Positions 50,873 to 64,000 of a DNA stretch of 64,000 nt are shown here, one piece after another. A model generated the notes under the pieces. It worked only from the letters and a program-made list of their open reading frames with translations, had not been told where the DNA came from and made no database searches. Position numbers and translations under genes: made by a program. The DNA comes from Mobula hypostoma (taxonomy: Eukaryota), in the NCBI RefSeq assembly GCF_963921235.1, contig NC_086097.1, forward strand, positions 173,168,001-173,232,000, written 5' to 3'. How positions within the stretch are numbered: the first letter of the stretch is position 1; each line of letters begins with the position of its first letter.

Positions 50873-52679
50873 CTGGAAAACACAATTCCTGCCTTGTCTA
50901 GTCTAAACAGTCTTGTGATTTTAGTGACTTACACAAAATATAAACTGCACTAAAAATACATACCTCAGCTTTTACCTAGCCACTAGGAGAAATATTCACA
51001 ACAAATCTAAATGATCAAACATGAATTTCCATTTAGAAGTACTTCATTTATGAAATTAAGATATATTTCTGAATTGATCAGCACTTTACCAACATAAAGG
51101 TAGATGACTATTTATTCACTACGAAAATTTCATGAGGTTCTTATGTATATTTTTAGCTGCATATGGGGACTCAAAGAGAAGTTGCCCAAACTGGACAGGC
51201 TACATAGACAGAATTCAGCCCCCATGTGAAGTCATGATTTCCAAGTTTATTTCTTTCCATTTCCACAAAAAGTATTTCTTTATCCACACTTATATCAATA
51301 CACATGCATGATTCTATAACAAGTCAATCTATAAGCTGGTAATTGGAACAGGAAAGCCAATGACAATTTTTTTCGTTGTTGTATAATGTACTCTGTCCAT
51401 TGAATTAATCAGTGAGGGCAGAATGAGATGGAGTCACAGAGTGACACAGCACAGGATCAGGCCCTTCAGCCTACAGAATCCACACTGACAGAAATTACCC
51501 ATTTTAACTCTCCCTAAATTATTTGCATTTCCTGATTAATACAATTCCAGATTCCACCTACACACACGGGGCAATATACAATAGCAAGTAAACCAGCTTC
51601 ATTATTTTCATCAATAGGGTGCTATATGATTGTTTTGATCGATAGTTGCACTACGTGATCAGAATTCTCAACTATTATATTCATCAGGGGCAAAAATAAG
51701 CTGGTTCTGCTAGTACAACATACTATACATCTGTACAAATCAGTTAAGATCGTAAGGCCATCAAATATAGAAGCATAAACATCATTCAGCCCATCAAGTC
51801 TGTCCGTCATTCAAACCTGACCAATTTCCTTTCCAACCTCTTTCTTCTGCCTTTTCTCCACAACCCTTAACCCCTTTACTAATCAGTGCTTAGTATCTGT
51901 CTTAATTAATCCCAATGACTTGGCCTCCACAACCCTCTGTGACAACAAATCCCACAGATTCCTCACCCTCTGCCTGAATAAATGTCTTCTCATCTCAGTT
52001 CTAAAGGAATGTCCCTTTATTCTAAGACTGTACTCTCAGATCCTAGCCTCTCCTACTAATGGAAACGTCATCTCCACGTCTACTCTATCCAGGCCTTTCA
52101 GCAAGACATCAGTGTTGGTGATACCACTGCACTGATACCATTATACTTACATATAATTTTAGCAAGGACAATAACCTATCAGTAACTAATATACACCTCA
52201 GAACCGTTAGGAAGATTTAAAAAAAATGCAGAGCCAGAGTTAAAGATACTGTACCATTCCAGGAACTACTATGTGGAGGGTTTCAAATAAGCTAAAATGT
52301 CATCTGGGGACTTTACTCACTTAGAGCTCTGTCTGTAGAAATTAGATTATAGTTGGTGATTTCTTGTTGTTTAAGGTGATAACCTATTAATGTGGAAATG
52401 CTTAACTTGCTCATTTTTTTTAGTTAGGGACAGTTGCACTAGCTCATCACATGATAGGCTTAGTACTATGCAAGGAGCAGCAGTTTGTTATCTGCCTCCA
52501 CCATAACAATTGGTTTTCTAAAAATTCCTTTGAAAGAAAGTGGTGGCAATGAACAAAAGAAACAAATATCCAATTTAGATCACCAAAGGTCATTTATAAC
52601 ACTGTGCTAACAGGATAATAAGTAACTAGAGAACATTCTTAAAATAATAAACACAGATTATTGATCCATGCACAAGATA

Positions 52680-54288
52680 CAGTGGCATGCAAAAGTTTGG
52701 GCACCCCTGGTCAAAATTTCTGTTACTGTGAATAGCTAAGCAAGTAAAAGATGACCTGATTTCCAAAAGGCATAAAGTTAAAGATGACACATTTCTTTAA
52801 TATTTTAAGCAAGATTACTTTTTTATTTCCATCTTTTACAGTTTCAAAATAACAAAAATGGAAAAGGGCCTGAAACAAAAGTTTGGGCATCCTGCACGGT
52901 CAGTACTTAGTAACACCCCCTTTGGCAAGTATCACAGCTTGTAAACGCTTTCTGCAGCCAGCTAAGAGTCTTTCAATTCTTGTTTGCGGGATTTTCGCCC
53001 ACTCTTCCTTGCAAAAGGCTTCCAGTTCTGTGAGATTCTTGGGCCATCCTGCATGCACTGCCCTTTTGAGGTCTATCCACAGATTTTCGATGATGTTTAG
53101 GTCAGGGTACTGTGAGGGCCATGGCAAAACTTTCAGCTTGCGCCTCTTGAGGTAGTCCATTGTGGATTTTGAGGTGTGTTTAGGATCATTATCCTGTTGT
53201 AGAAGCCATCCTCTTTTCATCTTCAGCTTTTTTACAGACGGTGTGATGTCTGCTTGCAGAATTTGCTGGTATTTAATTGAATTAATTCTTCCCTCTACCA
53301 GTGAAATGTTCCCCATGCCACTGGCTGCAACACAAGCCCAAAGCATGATCAATCCACCCCCGTGCTTAACAGTTGGAGAGGGGTTCTTTTCATGAAATTC
53401 TGCACCCTTTTTTCTCCAAACATACCTTTGCTCACTGCGACCAAAAAGTTCTATTTTAACTTCATCAGTCCACAGGACATTTCCAAAATGCATCAGGCTT
53501 GTTTAGATGTTCCTTTGCAAACTTCTGATGCTGAATTTTGTGGTGAGGACGCAGGAAAGGTTTTCTTCTGATGACTCTTCCATGAAGGTCATATTTGGGC
53601 AGGTGTCACTGCACAGTAGAACTGTCCACCATCACTCCAGAGTCGGCTAAATGTTCCTGAAGGTCTTTTGCAGTCAAACGGAGGTTTTTATTTACCTTTC
53701 TAGCAATCCTATGAGCAGTTCTCTCCGAAAGTTTTCTCGGTCAACTTGACCTCCACCGTTCCTGTTAACTGCCATTTCTTAATTACATTATGAACTGAGG
53801 AAACAGCTACCTGAAAATGCTTTGCTATCTTCTTATAGCCTTCTCCTGCTTTGTGGGCATCAATTATTTTAATTTTCAGAGTGCTACGCAGCTGCTTAGA
53901 GGAGCCCATGGCTGCTGACTGTTGGGACAAGGTATGAGGAGTCAGCGTATTTATAAAGCTTTGAAATTTGCATCACCTGGCCTTTCCTAACAATGGTTGT
54001 GAATAAGCCATAGCCCTAAAAAGCTAATTAAGATCTGAGACCTTGGTAAAAGTTATCTGAGAGCTCAAGTCTCTTAGGGTGCCTAAACTTTTGCATGCTG
54101 CTCCTTTCCTTTTTTTCACTCTAAAATTGTACAAAACAAAAATAATACACTAATCTTGCTTAAAATGTTGAAAAGAATGTGTCATCTTTAACTTCATGAC
54201 TTTTGGAGATCAGTTCATCTTCTACTCACTTCACTATTCACAGTAACAGAAATTTTGACAGGGGTGCCCAAACATTTGCATGCCACTG
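52680..54288 (-). mobile_element. Full-length Tc1 (DD34E, IR/DR type) transposon, frameshifted transposase
   Basis: TA|cagtggcatgcaaa..gggcacccc ... ggggtgcccaaacatttgcatgccactg|TA; inner direct repeats (caaaagtttgggca). ORFs 53709..53930 (HTH: MGSSKQL..GEGYKKIAK) and 52900..53493 (WTDE, QQDND-34aa-E). Confidence 0.95.
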
Positions 54289-56247
54289 TATGTCCTATGT
54301 GGATTATAGGTTACAAAGGCATCCAGCAACCATATTGCCAAATTACTATGCAAAAAATAGTAATGTAAATAGCAGTATATTATAAACGTGGACACCAACA
54401 CGTATATGAAATCAACTCTTACGAACATGATTGGAAGTAGTTTTTTTTAATTCTTCATTTGAAGACGATATTGTTGACAAGACTAGTTTATGTTGCTCAT
54501 TCCTAATGACTCTTGAACTTAAAAGCTCTCTGGACTACTTCAGATGACAGTTGATCATATTGCTGTTAGTCTGGGTGTCTATTAAACAACATAGTTCCCT
54601 CCTTTGAAGGTTTTTATTAAAGGGAAGGTTTTATCAACTATCTGATATTTCCACAATCATTATTTCTGATAGCAACTTTATTCCAAATTAATTTAATAAA
54701 CTTCATTTTAATGCCCCACCCACTAGGGCAGAATTTGAGCTAATCACCAGTCTAGGCCTTGGATGTATTCCTATATGCATGGTGTAAATAGCAAGTAAGA
54801 GCAAACAATGATATGCAAATTACATTCAAAATGCAATTTCCATGAACTAAATAAAGATGAAGAATTAAATTGCATCTCTGAGACTGGGTATTTTCATTTT
54901 CTAGGTCATAATCTTCAATGGATGCCATTATAAAGAGAGTCAGAACTCAGCTCATATTTCCACATTACAGCACCTCTGCTGGGATTTGAATGTGTGCTGA
55001 TACATTCCTAAAGCTGTAACACTTGCTGAGCTTTTATCAAATTTCCAAAGGTTTTAACTAATCGGAGATCATGGCCCAATGTCAATAGCCAGAATTCCCA
55101 GCCTGAAGGGAGAATTATTGTTTAATTGATAACTCTGACTTAAGTGTTTTAAAGTCCAAGACAGGACCAATTTTAGTTTTAGCTATGGTTCTCCCTCACT
55201 GTGCTTTCTTAATTAACTTCCGTCACACTCTCACCTTCCATCTTACAAGATGGATGGAATAATATTTAATTTTCATTAAGCAACATATGAATCACAAGTG
55301 GTGAAGGGTAACTGCAATGTGGAATTTTTCAGAGATACAATTCTCAAACTATAACAAGTATAATCCCACATCTCCATTTTAAATCAAATGAAAAGAATAA
55401 AAGCATCTTAACATTTTTCTTACAATTTTATAAAATTGAAAAATTCAATATACAAAAGAAAGATTAAAAAAAATTATCCTGGAACAAGTTACAAAGTAGC
55501 CTTTTCAATAATAAATAATGCTTAATAACTTCATATCTAAATACATTTTACATATAAGTTTATAGTCTCTTAATAAATTTATAAACTTTTGTGAGTTGGG
55601 CTTACATAAATGGTCAGAAGCAATACTGGGTGAGGTGACTGAAACCAGGCAGTAGTACCTGTGTGTAGCCATCAGTATTATTTGCAATATTTGTTTCTCA
55701 GATTGGCCAATTTGAAAATGAAGGGGGGGGGGCGTCATAAACAATCTATACATAAATCTTTTTCGGAAGTTGTTGAGAAACTCATATTATAATTTGTTGA
55801 AAGGCCCAAAGCTTCAGTCCATCAAAAAGCACCAAACTTTATTAACAGGAATTCACAGGGAATTGTGACGCAGCAAGCTGTAAAGCTTATTAAATGCCAG
55901 GACCAGGAAAAGTCTCTATTTTGTTATACTGTTGGCTAGAGTCTGATGTCAGAGGTGCATAACAAGTTCTACAATCAAATGACATGGCCTGTATGCACCA
56001 ATTCCTCAGGCTACAAAGCCAAGGTTCTCAGTACATTGGTACAGGAGCACGACCCATATAATTCTCTGCAAATCCTCACACCCAGTATGTGCTGTGACTG
56101 AATGCTAAACCTAGTCCTCACTGAAGTTTAAAATTACAGCCATAAAATATTGCAGATATGCACCAAATGCCAAAACATCCAACAGCAGCACTTCTTCAAT
56201 TTGCTAATCATGGTCCTATCTTGACTAAGAAACCATCATGAACTTAC

Positions 56248-56362
56248 CTGTTTTTGTAGTGATCAATATTGAAGCTGCCTACTTTGCACTTAAGCTTAGT
56301 GTAAACATCTTGTATATCCACTGAAGCACTCAAGTCTTCGAGTTCACTCACAACACAGATCT
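56248..56362 (-). CDS. VPS13B: VPS13B internal coding exon, 115 nt (phase 1 in, phase 2 out)
   Basis: cctgcag|AGATCTGT...AAAAACAG|gtaag. In frame with the previous exon it reads EICVVSELEDLSASVDIQDVYTKLKCKVGSFNIDHYKN(S/R). Absent from the ORF track because it is short. Confidence 0.95.
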
Positions 56363-56589
56363 CTGCAGGCATAACCAAAGAATTGTATTTATACAAAAAT
56401 TGATAATTCTGTCATTGCCTTACAAATCATCCAACAAAAGAAACATTACATTTGTACTTATAAGCTCAACCTCTAATAAGTTTTATAATTGAGGCTCTAA
56501 TTCAGCATGGTGTAAAAGTACAAAACAGAGCATTTATTCAACAGCATTGTATTTTTTTTCCTTTAAAATTCATGACCCACTCTCTAATT

Positions 56590-57007
56590 TAGACTTCTCT
56601 AACTTCTGCTAATGCCCCACCTCCCCCCATACCCCATCCGTTATTTTTATACACACATTCTTTCTCTCACGCTCCTTTTTCTCCCTCTGTCCCTCTGACT
56701 ATACCCCTTGCCCATCCTCTGGGCTTTTCCCTCCCCTCCCCCTTTTCCTTCTCCCTGGGCCTCCTGTCCCATGATGCTCTCATACCCCTTTTGCCAATCA
56801 CCTGTCCAGCTCTTAGTTCCATCCCTCCCCCTCCTGTCTTCTCCTATCATTTTGGATCTCCCCCTCCTCCTCCCACTTTTAAATCTCTTACTAACTCTTC
56901 CTTCAGTTAGTCCTGACGAAGGGTCTCGGCCTGAAACGTCGACTGTACCTCTTCCTAGAGATGCTGCCTGGCCTGCTGCGTTCACCAGCAACTTTGATGT
57001 GTGTTGC
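56590..57007 (+). mobile_element. Penelope-like retroelement 3' terminus
   Basis: Same architecture as 46781-47318 in the opposite orientation: C/T-rich UTR, hammerhead motif, then gatgctgcctggcctgctgcgttcaccagc. Confidence 0.75.
56909..56944 (+). ncRNA. Minimal type I hammerhead ribozyme motif
   Basis: agtc-CTGACGA-agg(gtctcgg)cct-GAAA-cg-TC-gact. Stem I agtc/gact, core CUGANGA and GAAA, stem II agg/cct, palindromic ACGU stem III, GUC cleavage triplet ending at 56940. Confidence 0.75.
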
Positions 57008-58009
57008 TCTAATTTAGCTCGTTTGATTTCTTTAATTCACACAAATAGTTCTTACAAAAGGTGCTGATGTTCAAATCTTCATAAAAGTTACTCAGATATG
57101 TGACTGCCAGGGTAACTTAGCAGCACAGAATTCTTTGGAACACAATGAAACCATATAAATACCATTTGGTTGATGTCATCTTGACAGCATGAGGGGATGA
57201 GAGAGGAATTTTCCACAGCATCTTTCTCCCCTACTGAATCTTATGGTTTCCATCTCTCAGGAACTTACATGGTTGAGGTTAGGTGACACAGTGAGGAAGT
57301 ATTTAGTCATGATGCTCCAACAATCGTGAATGTGGACAAGCTAATGGACCAGCTACTCTTCATGCCTCAGAATTTCATATCTTAATGGCAAGTCAATGCC
57401 TCAAGCTTTCTACACACAATAAATACCTCCTCATTTCAACCCTGTGCAATAAAAAACAAATTCCACTTAGAGCTCTTCTTTAAGGTAAGGGGAATTGTTA
57501 ACAAGAACCTAAACAAAATACTCTATTACTGCAAAGCACAATATGTGTTAGAGACTATAATCTGATGTCAATGAGAAAGGAAATCATTTCAGTAGCAAGA
57601 GTCACTGACCGTGAACACACATTTTAGGGAAATCATAAAAATGATTGGGATAAGGTGAAATTTCTTTGAAAAAAGGAAACATTTGGAATCCTCTATTGCA
57701 GCGGACTGTGGATAAATAGTTGATAAATATTTGAATGCTAAAGAGATGAATGGATATGGGGATTAGCTGGAAAGCAGAGTTGGCTATAAACTAATTGAAT
57801 TATATTACAAATCTGATAGCTTGCATAGCCACAAATGCTTCTCTCACTTATTATATGAAAGAATTCAACGTTAAGGGAACTTGCTTCAGGTTCTCAATTT
57901 AAAGATCTAAATTTCTGTGAGGAAATGCAATAATCTGAATGCCAAAGAGTTAAAGGGTGAATGGGTGAATTTTAATCTGATTAATTACTGGAGAAGAAAC
58001 ATTTCTCAC

Positions 58010-58181
58010 CTGTACCACTATTGCCAGATTCACGTGCAAACAATTTAACAGTCACTTTAGGCAACATCCATTGCATCCATAAACTGATACATCCAGTGGT
58101 CCCACCAATGTTGCTAGTTTTCTGCTCCAGGGTGGAGGAGTCAGAGAAAGGGCTCTCATCAACCATTTGGACTGAATCACC
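58010..58181 (-). CDS. VPS13B: VPS13B internal coding exon, 172 nt (phase 0 in, phase 1 out)
   Basis: Minus strand ttttccacag|GGTGAT...GGTACAG|gtgag. Translates GDSVQMVDESPFSDSSTLEQKTSNIGGTTGCISLWMQWMLPKVTVKLFARESGNSGT, closely matching recalled human VPS13B (..ESPFSDSVTLEQTTSNIGGTSGRVSLWMQWVLPKITIKLFA..). Confidence 0.95.
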
Positions 58182-58754
58182 CTGTGGAAAATATTTATGT
58201 TTAAGAATTTCTCAACAGCTGTGGAATGAAATAATTATACCTGACAGTTTTCTTTATTAACCACAACTAAACCACATCTTTGGATGCAAAGATCCTGAAT
58301 ATAAAAATGAACAAGAAATAAACCATCATCTACATTTATTCTTTTAAACTAAATTTTATGAGGTGGATGGAAAATAGTTACAAAACCGTCAACTTCAATT
58401 CTCTTTACATTTCCAGGTAAAAAGGCCAATTTAAATGGTATGGTGTATCATTTCAAGATGTTCGAAATTATTTTACACCCAGTGTTTGTTTAGAAAGGGA
58501 AATGAAGCAAACAGTTCACACTAGGCAGACATATAAGTGACCAGAATGACCAGAACAAATTATTTCATCTGTTGTTTGAAGGATAAATATTTGTCAGAAC
58601 TGTAGGAGAATCTGCAAAGAGTACACTTTATACATCCACCTGAGGCATTAGTTGGGTCATTCATTTAACAACTCATCCAACAACTTAATAATCAAATATC
58701 TGGAGTGAGTCTTGATCCTCGAGGCAAAAATGTTATCAAATGTGCCAAGGTAAT

Positions 58755-58966
58755 GAAGAAGAAAGCCCTTAACTCTGAGTGGAGTCATCGGGGCGCCATC
58801 GTGACGGCATTTTTTTAAGCAGGCTTTCTTACTTTTATGAGGCTGAGTTGCTAGCTCGACGCTCAACCCAGCATGGATGGAAAACGTGCAAGGGAGCCGG
58901 CTGAATTCAAACTCGGGAGCCTTTGCTCCGAAGTCTGATGCTGATGCCACTACGCCACCAGCCGGC
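58755..58966 (-). mobile_element. tRNA-derived SINE
   Basis: Minus head GCCGGCTGGTGGCGTAGTGG...GAGTTTGAATTC (A/B boxes); (TTC)n tail; imperfect TSD aaggtaatgaag / aagataataaag. Confidence 0.75.
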
Positions 58967-59819
58967 ATAAGATAATAAAGATATTAAGTTATTTGTTTTA
59001 ATAATTACTAACATTTGTTTTATCTTTAACATTTCAATTCAGCAAGTGTAACCACGTATTAGTTATTTCTACGCCAAAAGTATAAAAAAAGATCTTACAA
59101 CACTCCATGAATCACTTCTCTACATTTAAATTTGTTCCTTTAATCCTAAGATTTTGAAACAGATTTCTTTTAAATGCTTGTATTAAAGGAAGCATTAATC
59201 TCACTGACATTCACTGGTTATTGATGACCTGTGACTGCAATTGCAAGTTTATAGACTTTTCTTTAAAGTTCTTACACTGTGATCAACGGTGGCTTAGCCA
59301 GCTTTAACAAACGTGTATATGTGAGTCCAGCTGCCACTACCTGACCACATTTTCATGACTATAAACAGAAGTTCGATGGAGCTGCTTTGAACTGTCTTTT
59401 ACAAGAAACAATCAACTAGTCTTTCAGAAAATTTATTTTCTTTAGGCAAGTCAAAACATCCAATCAAAATTTCATAAGGTGGTGTTATTGTTTTCTTTCC
59501 ATAATCTGTACTAAAGAAAAATGGGCTGAAACTAAAACTTAATCTCTGTTTCCAAAATGAAACATCACAGTTCCCTCCTCAAATGAAAGATCTTTTCCAC
59601 ATACCAACAGCCTATAGTACCATTAACATTCACCAAGCAAAACCATGTAATTCCTATAAGATTTATACACTGATTACGATCTAAAAGTGGGTCAGAACCG
59701 TTAAACCTTAAATAGAAGAATAAAGAAACATATAACAACTTTTAAGTATAGTATCAACTTCCAGGCTAGCAGATGGACTCTAACTGGCAGTGAGGAAAGG
59801 AAAATGAAAGTAAAAGGCA

Positions 59820-61720
59820 GCACACAGGGTTAATGACAGGATTCTTAGTAGTGTGAAGGAAAAGAGGAATCTTGGGATCCACATCCACAGATCACTCAAA
59901 GTGGTCGTGCAAGTTGATAGGATGACTAAAATGGCATATGGTGTGTTGGACTTCATTAGTTGGGGGACTGAGTTCAACAGGTAATATAGGAAATATAGGA
60001 AGGATGTAGTAGTTTTAGAAGGGGTGCAGATAAGATTTACCAGGATGCTGCCTGGATTAGAGGGCATGCCTTATGAGGATAGATTGATGAGCTAGGACAT
60101 TTCTCTTTGGAGTGAAAGAGGATAACAGGTGACTTGATTAAAGTGTATAATATGCTAGGAGGCATAGACAGGGTGGACAAATTTCTCAGGGCACAAATGA
60201 CTAATATGAAGGGTACAATTTTAAGTTGATTGGAGGAGGTGGGGCGAAGTCAGGGTGGCATTAACCAGCGACTCCTTTGCTTGCATCTTTAGAAAAGCTC
60301 TATTTCTATCTTTGATATCTCTTTTTTTTTCTTTTTCAGGGTGTGGGGGGATTCTTTTGAAGACCCTGACCTGGAATTACACTCTGACTTTGGTTCTTTG
60401 CAGGAATGCGACCCACTCTCAGGGCCTCACGACGGGCCACTTTTTGATATCCCAAGGACGCGGTCTGGAAGACAAGTGCGCCTTCAAGGTTCCGAATTTT
60501 CATGGTTCTGGGGACTTGCTGATTCTAGGCTGGTGCCTCTGACTGAAGCGTCATCTGTTTTAAATTCTGTGGAAATGGAGGCCATGCACTTTGGGATTTT
60601 TATAAATGACTTGGATAAGTAAATGGAAATGTTGGGTATTAAATTTGCAGATGACACAGAACTTGCTGGTGGTGTGGATAGTGTAAAAGTTGTTGTAGTT
60701 TCCAACAGGACATTAATAAGATGCAGAGGTGGGCTGAGAAGTGACAGATAGGGTTCAATCCAGAAAAGTGTGACGTTATTTACTTTGGAAAGTTGGACTT
60801 GAAGGCAGAATACAGGGTTAATGACAGGATTCTTAACAGTGTGGAGGAACAGAGGGTTAGTGAGGTTCACATCCGTAGATCCCTCAAATTTGCAGCTCAT
60901 GTTGATTGAGTGGTTAAGAAGGTTCAGGAGTGTTAGTCTTAATTAGTCGGGAGATTGAGTTCAAGAGCCACGAGGTAAAGTTGCAGCTCTATAGAATTCT
61001 GGTTAGACCACATTTGGAGTATTGTGAACAAGAGAAAATCTGCAAATGCTGGAAATCCAAGCAGCATACACAGATGCTGAACGAGCTCAGCTGATCTGCT
61101 GAAGGGTCTTGGCCCAAAACATTGACTGTACTCTTTACCATAGATGCCACCTGGCCTGCTGAATTCTTCCGGCATGTTGCGTGTCTTGGAGTATTGTGTT
61201 TAGTTTTGGTTGCCTCATTATAGGAAGGATGTGGAAGCTTCAGACAGGGTACAGAAGAGATTTACCGGGATGCTGCTTCGATTAGAGAGCATGCTTTCTG
61301 TGGATAGATTGACTGAGCTATGGCTTTTCTCTTTGGAGAGAAGGAGGATAAGAGGTGACTTGATAGAGGTGTAAAACATGAAAAGAAGCATAGATAGAGT
61401 GGACAGCCAGTGACTTTTCCCAAAGCGGAAATAGCTAATACAATGGGGCAAATTTTAAAATCTTTGAAGCAAAGTATAGGGGGGTTGCCAGAAGTAGGTT
61501 TTTTACTCTGAGTTGTAGGTGTGTTGAACATGCTGTCAGGGATAATGGTAGAGGCAGGTACATTAGCAACATCTAAGAGACTCTTGGGCACGTGGATGAG
61601 AACTAATGGAGGGCTATGTGGGAGGGAAAGGTTAGATAAATCCTGGAGTAGGTGAAATAGTCAAAACAACATAGTGGGCCAAAGGGCCCGTACTGTGCTG
61701 TGCTGTTCTATGCTATGTTT
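59820..61720 (+). mobile_element. Two stacked degenerate CR1 fragments with internal insertions (unknown element at about 60248-60580; Penelope-end fold-back at about 61028-61187)
   Basis: The sequence cagggttaatgacaggattctt occurs at 59825 and 60813; aaatttgcagatgacac (KFADD); CR1 3' UTR to 61715. Confidence 0.7.
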
Positions 61721-61744
61721 AAATGTTCTTCTTCAATCATCTGG

Positions 61745-62785
61745 TTCAAAGGTTCATTTTAACGTCAAAGTATACAGCACAACTATGATATTCATCTTCT
61801 CCAGATAGCCATGTAATACAGGGAAATAACCATGGGAATTGTTGAAGACATCAACTCCCTCCCCCTCCCCCCGTAATGAAAAAGAAAGAGAAACAAAACT
61901 CACAAACTCCAAAACCCCTCACCCCTTCCCTCACACAAAAAACAACAGCTCACCTACATGGAAGATGGCAGCTGGAACATCAAAATCCCCAAACCCCCAA
62001 CCCCCCCTCACAAAAAAGTGATGATAATATCAAATCCTCAACAGCCTCCCTCACAGAAAAGAACAGTGACAATAGCATCAAAACTTCTAACCCCCTCTAT
62101 CACACACAAAAAACTAACAGATCACCCACATGGAAAAACACCAACAAGAACATCAGTCTCCAAATCCCCAACTCCTCCCTCTCACAAAAAGTAACATATC
62201 GCTCACCCACCAAATGGCTGCAAGAAAGAAAATACTGAAAAACTGAAGGAGACTAATATATAGTACCACCTCAGATAAATCTGAGAATCTCAGATAATCA
62301 CATAAGTCTCAGAATATTTAAAACATCTTTCCATCAGCATTCAAGGAAAGTACCCACAGGAACTCAATCCTTCAGTGAAAAGCAACTACCATGCTGTCTA
62401 TCAACTGCCATGGTCTCCATTCAGATCAACCTGCTGACCTCCTCTGCATATGCCTCGATGCTTCGATCTTCTTGGACGCGTTGAAATGGAGTCGTTCATG
62501 GCCCTGCACCCTATCTCTGGTCTTTTCTACAAGTCAGGTCATGTTTTCAGTCCTTCTTGGGACCGCTTCTCTGGTCTTCTCCATGAGGCAGCTCTCCAGA
62601 CATAGAAGAGCGCTAGATTATTCAATCATTCAAACTGCACATCACAGGCTCCAACAGTTTCCGTAACACAATCAAGACAAAACGAAACAAGCAGAAGATG
62701 TAGGGCAGGTGGAGTAATTGAAGATATTAGCTGTCTGAAAGACGTCGCCCAAAGAATCGTTGTTCGCTTGTGATATCTTGACCCA
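61745..62785 (-). mobile_element. Non-coding retroposon-like element with internal degenerate minisatellite
   Basis: LINE-type tail on minus (aaaatgaacctttgaacc); head gtcaagat..gcgaacaacgattctttgggcgac resembles 60248; repeated caaa..cccc..ctcaca..aaaa units at 61840-62215. Confidence 0.5.
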
Positions 62786-63899
62786 GCTTAACCCTTGGTT
62801 GATCTGGATTTAAAGAATGTATTGGCTTTTCTTTCATCAAGTTAGGATTCTTAGGTTCTGAAATATTTTTTGTCTTGAAACCCACAGAGAAGAGTATTGC
62901 TTGTAAAATACTGAAATTCTAATTAATTCGTCTGGAGTTGAACTATTCATACTTAGGAATGAATGATCACCAGTTTTCTTATGCTTGAAATAACTATTTG
63001 AAAATGTATTTATTTTCTGCTTGAATAAAAACATTAATCCATTAAAAAATTGTGTGTCAAAGTGCCGCTATTAAAACAGCAGAATACTTACGATAGTAGT
63101 TAGGCACAAACAATGCCTGAGTAACATTGTACTAAATGGAATTCAGTTTAAACCTTCAATCTCCCATTTAATTCAGTAATGATGCATTATACATAGTCTA
63201 GTTAGACTGATTTGAAGTAAAACATTTTCACTCTATCTCTATCAAAGGACGATGCAAAGCAATCATTAAGTGTCTGACCATGGATCCCAGTACTTCAGTT
63301 TAGGAAGTTCTTTCATTTGTGGCATATTTCCACTGGGGCAAAAAATATTCCATGTTTTTACCATTATCTTAGTCTCGGCATGCTGCTGACACCAATGATG
63401 AGTCCAACTTCATGATTGTAATTTTAAGTGCATATGTTTTACAGGATATCTTTCTTTCTTTGTAAAAGAATAAATGCAATTTACACTGTTGTTCTTTGCG
63501 TCAACTCAAGAACATAGTAACTAGAACAGTATAGCATAATACAGGTTCTTTGGCCCATTAGGTTGTACCGACCCTTTAACCTACTCCAAGATCAAGCTAA
63601 CCCTTCCTCCTATATAAACCTCCATTTATCCCTGTGTCTATCTAAAACTCTCTTTGATGTATTTGCCTCTATCAACACCACCCCTTGCAAAACATACCAT
63701 GCACCCACCATTCTCTGTGTAAAAAAAACCTACCCTGACATCCCTCTATCCCTTCGATAGGTACATTTAATGTCAGAGAAATGTGTACAATATACATCCT
63801 GAAGTTCTTTTTCTCCACAGACATCCATGAAAACAGAGAAGTGCCTCAAAGAATGAATGACAGTTAAAATGTTAGAACCCTTAACATGTGGTAACAAGC

Positions 63900-64000
63900 A
63901 CATTAGTGAAACTTGGCTACAGGAAGGGCAGGACTGGCAGCTTAATGTTCCAGGGTTCTGATGTTTCAGATGTGATCGAGGCAGAGGAATGAAGGGTGGG
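63900..64000 (+). mobile_element. CR1 ORF2 endonuclease fragment running off the window
   Basis: Translates SETWLQEGQDWQLNVPGF*CFRCDRGRGMKGG, the APE N-terminal motif of CR1. Confidence 0.75.

Noticed and set aside
1..64000. Prokaryotic systems (CRISPR, retron, DGR, operons) suggested by the several RT ORFs
   Set aside because: All RTs are eukaryotic non-LTR types inside spliceosomal introns; there is no repeat-spacer array or operon structure.

Overview
Eukaryotic, AT-rich, repeat-dense vertebrate DNA. The repeat mix (CR1, Rex1/Babar, RTE, Penelope-like, Tc1, hAT MITE, tRNA-SINEs) suggests a cartilaginous fish such as a ray or shark; this is inference. The window lies inside one large minus-strand gene, VPS13B (COH1). 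Six short coding exons are visible with canonical AG/GT ends and compatible phases: 172, 115, 67, 142, 412 and 112 nt in transcript order from 58181 down to 40501. They are followed by an intron of more than 40 kb that runs off the window start. The 67-nt and 142-nt exons are mutually homologous, share phases and frameshift if both are included, matching the human mutually exclusive exons 28b/28 as I recall them. Nearly all long ORFs in the track are transposon-derived or antisense artefacts. Other notable structure: an intact-looking minimal hammerhead ribozyme in a Penelope-like terminus, a perfect 35-bp fold-back at a LINE 5' end, a templated-insertion scar at an RTE 5' junction, and several nested insertions. 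I found no convincing wholly new biological system. Human exon comparisons are from memory and need a database check.
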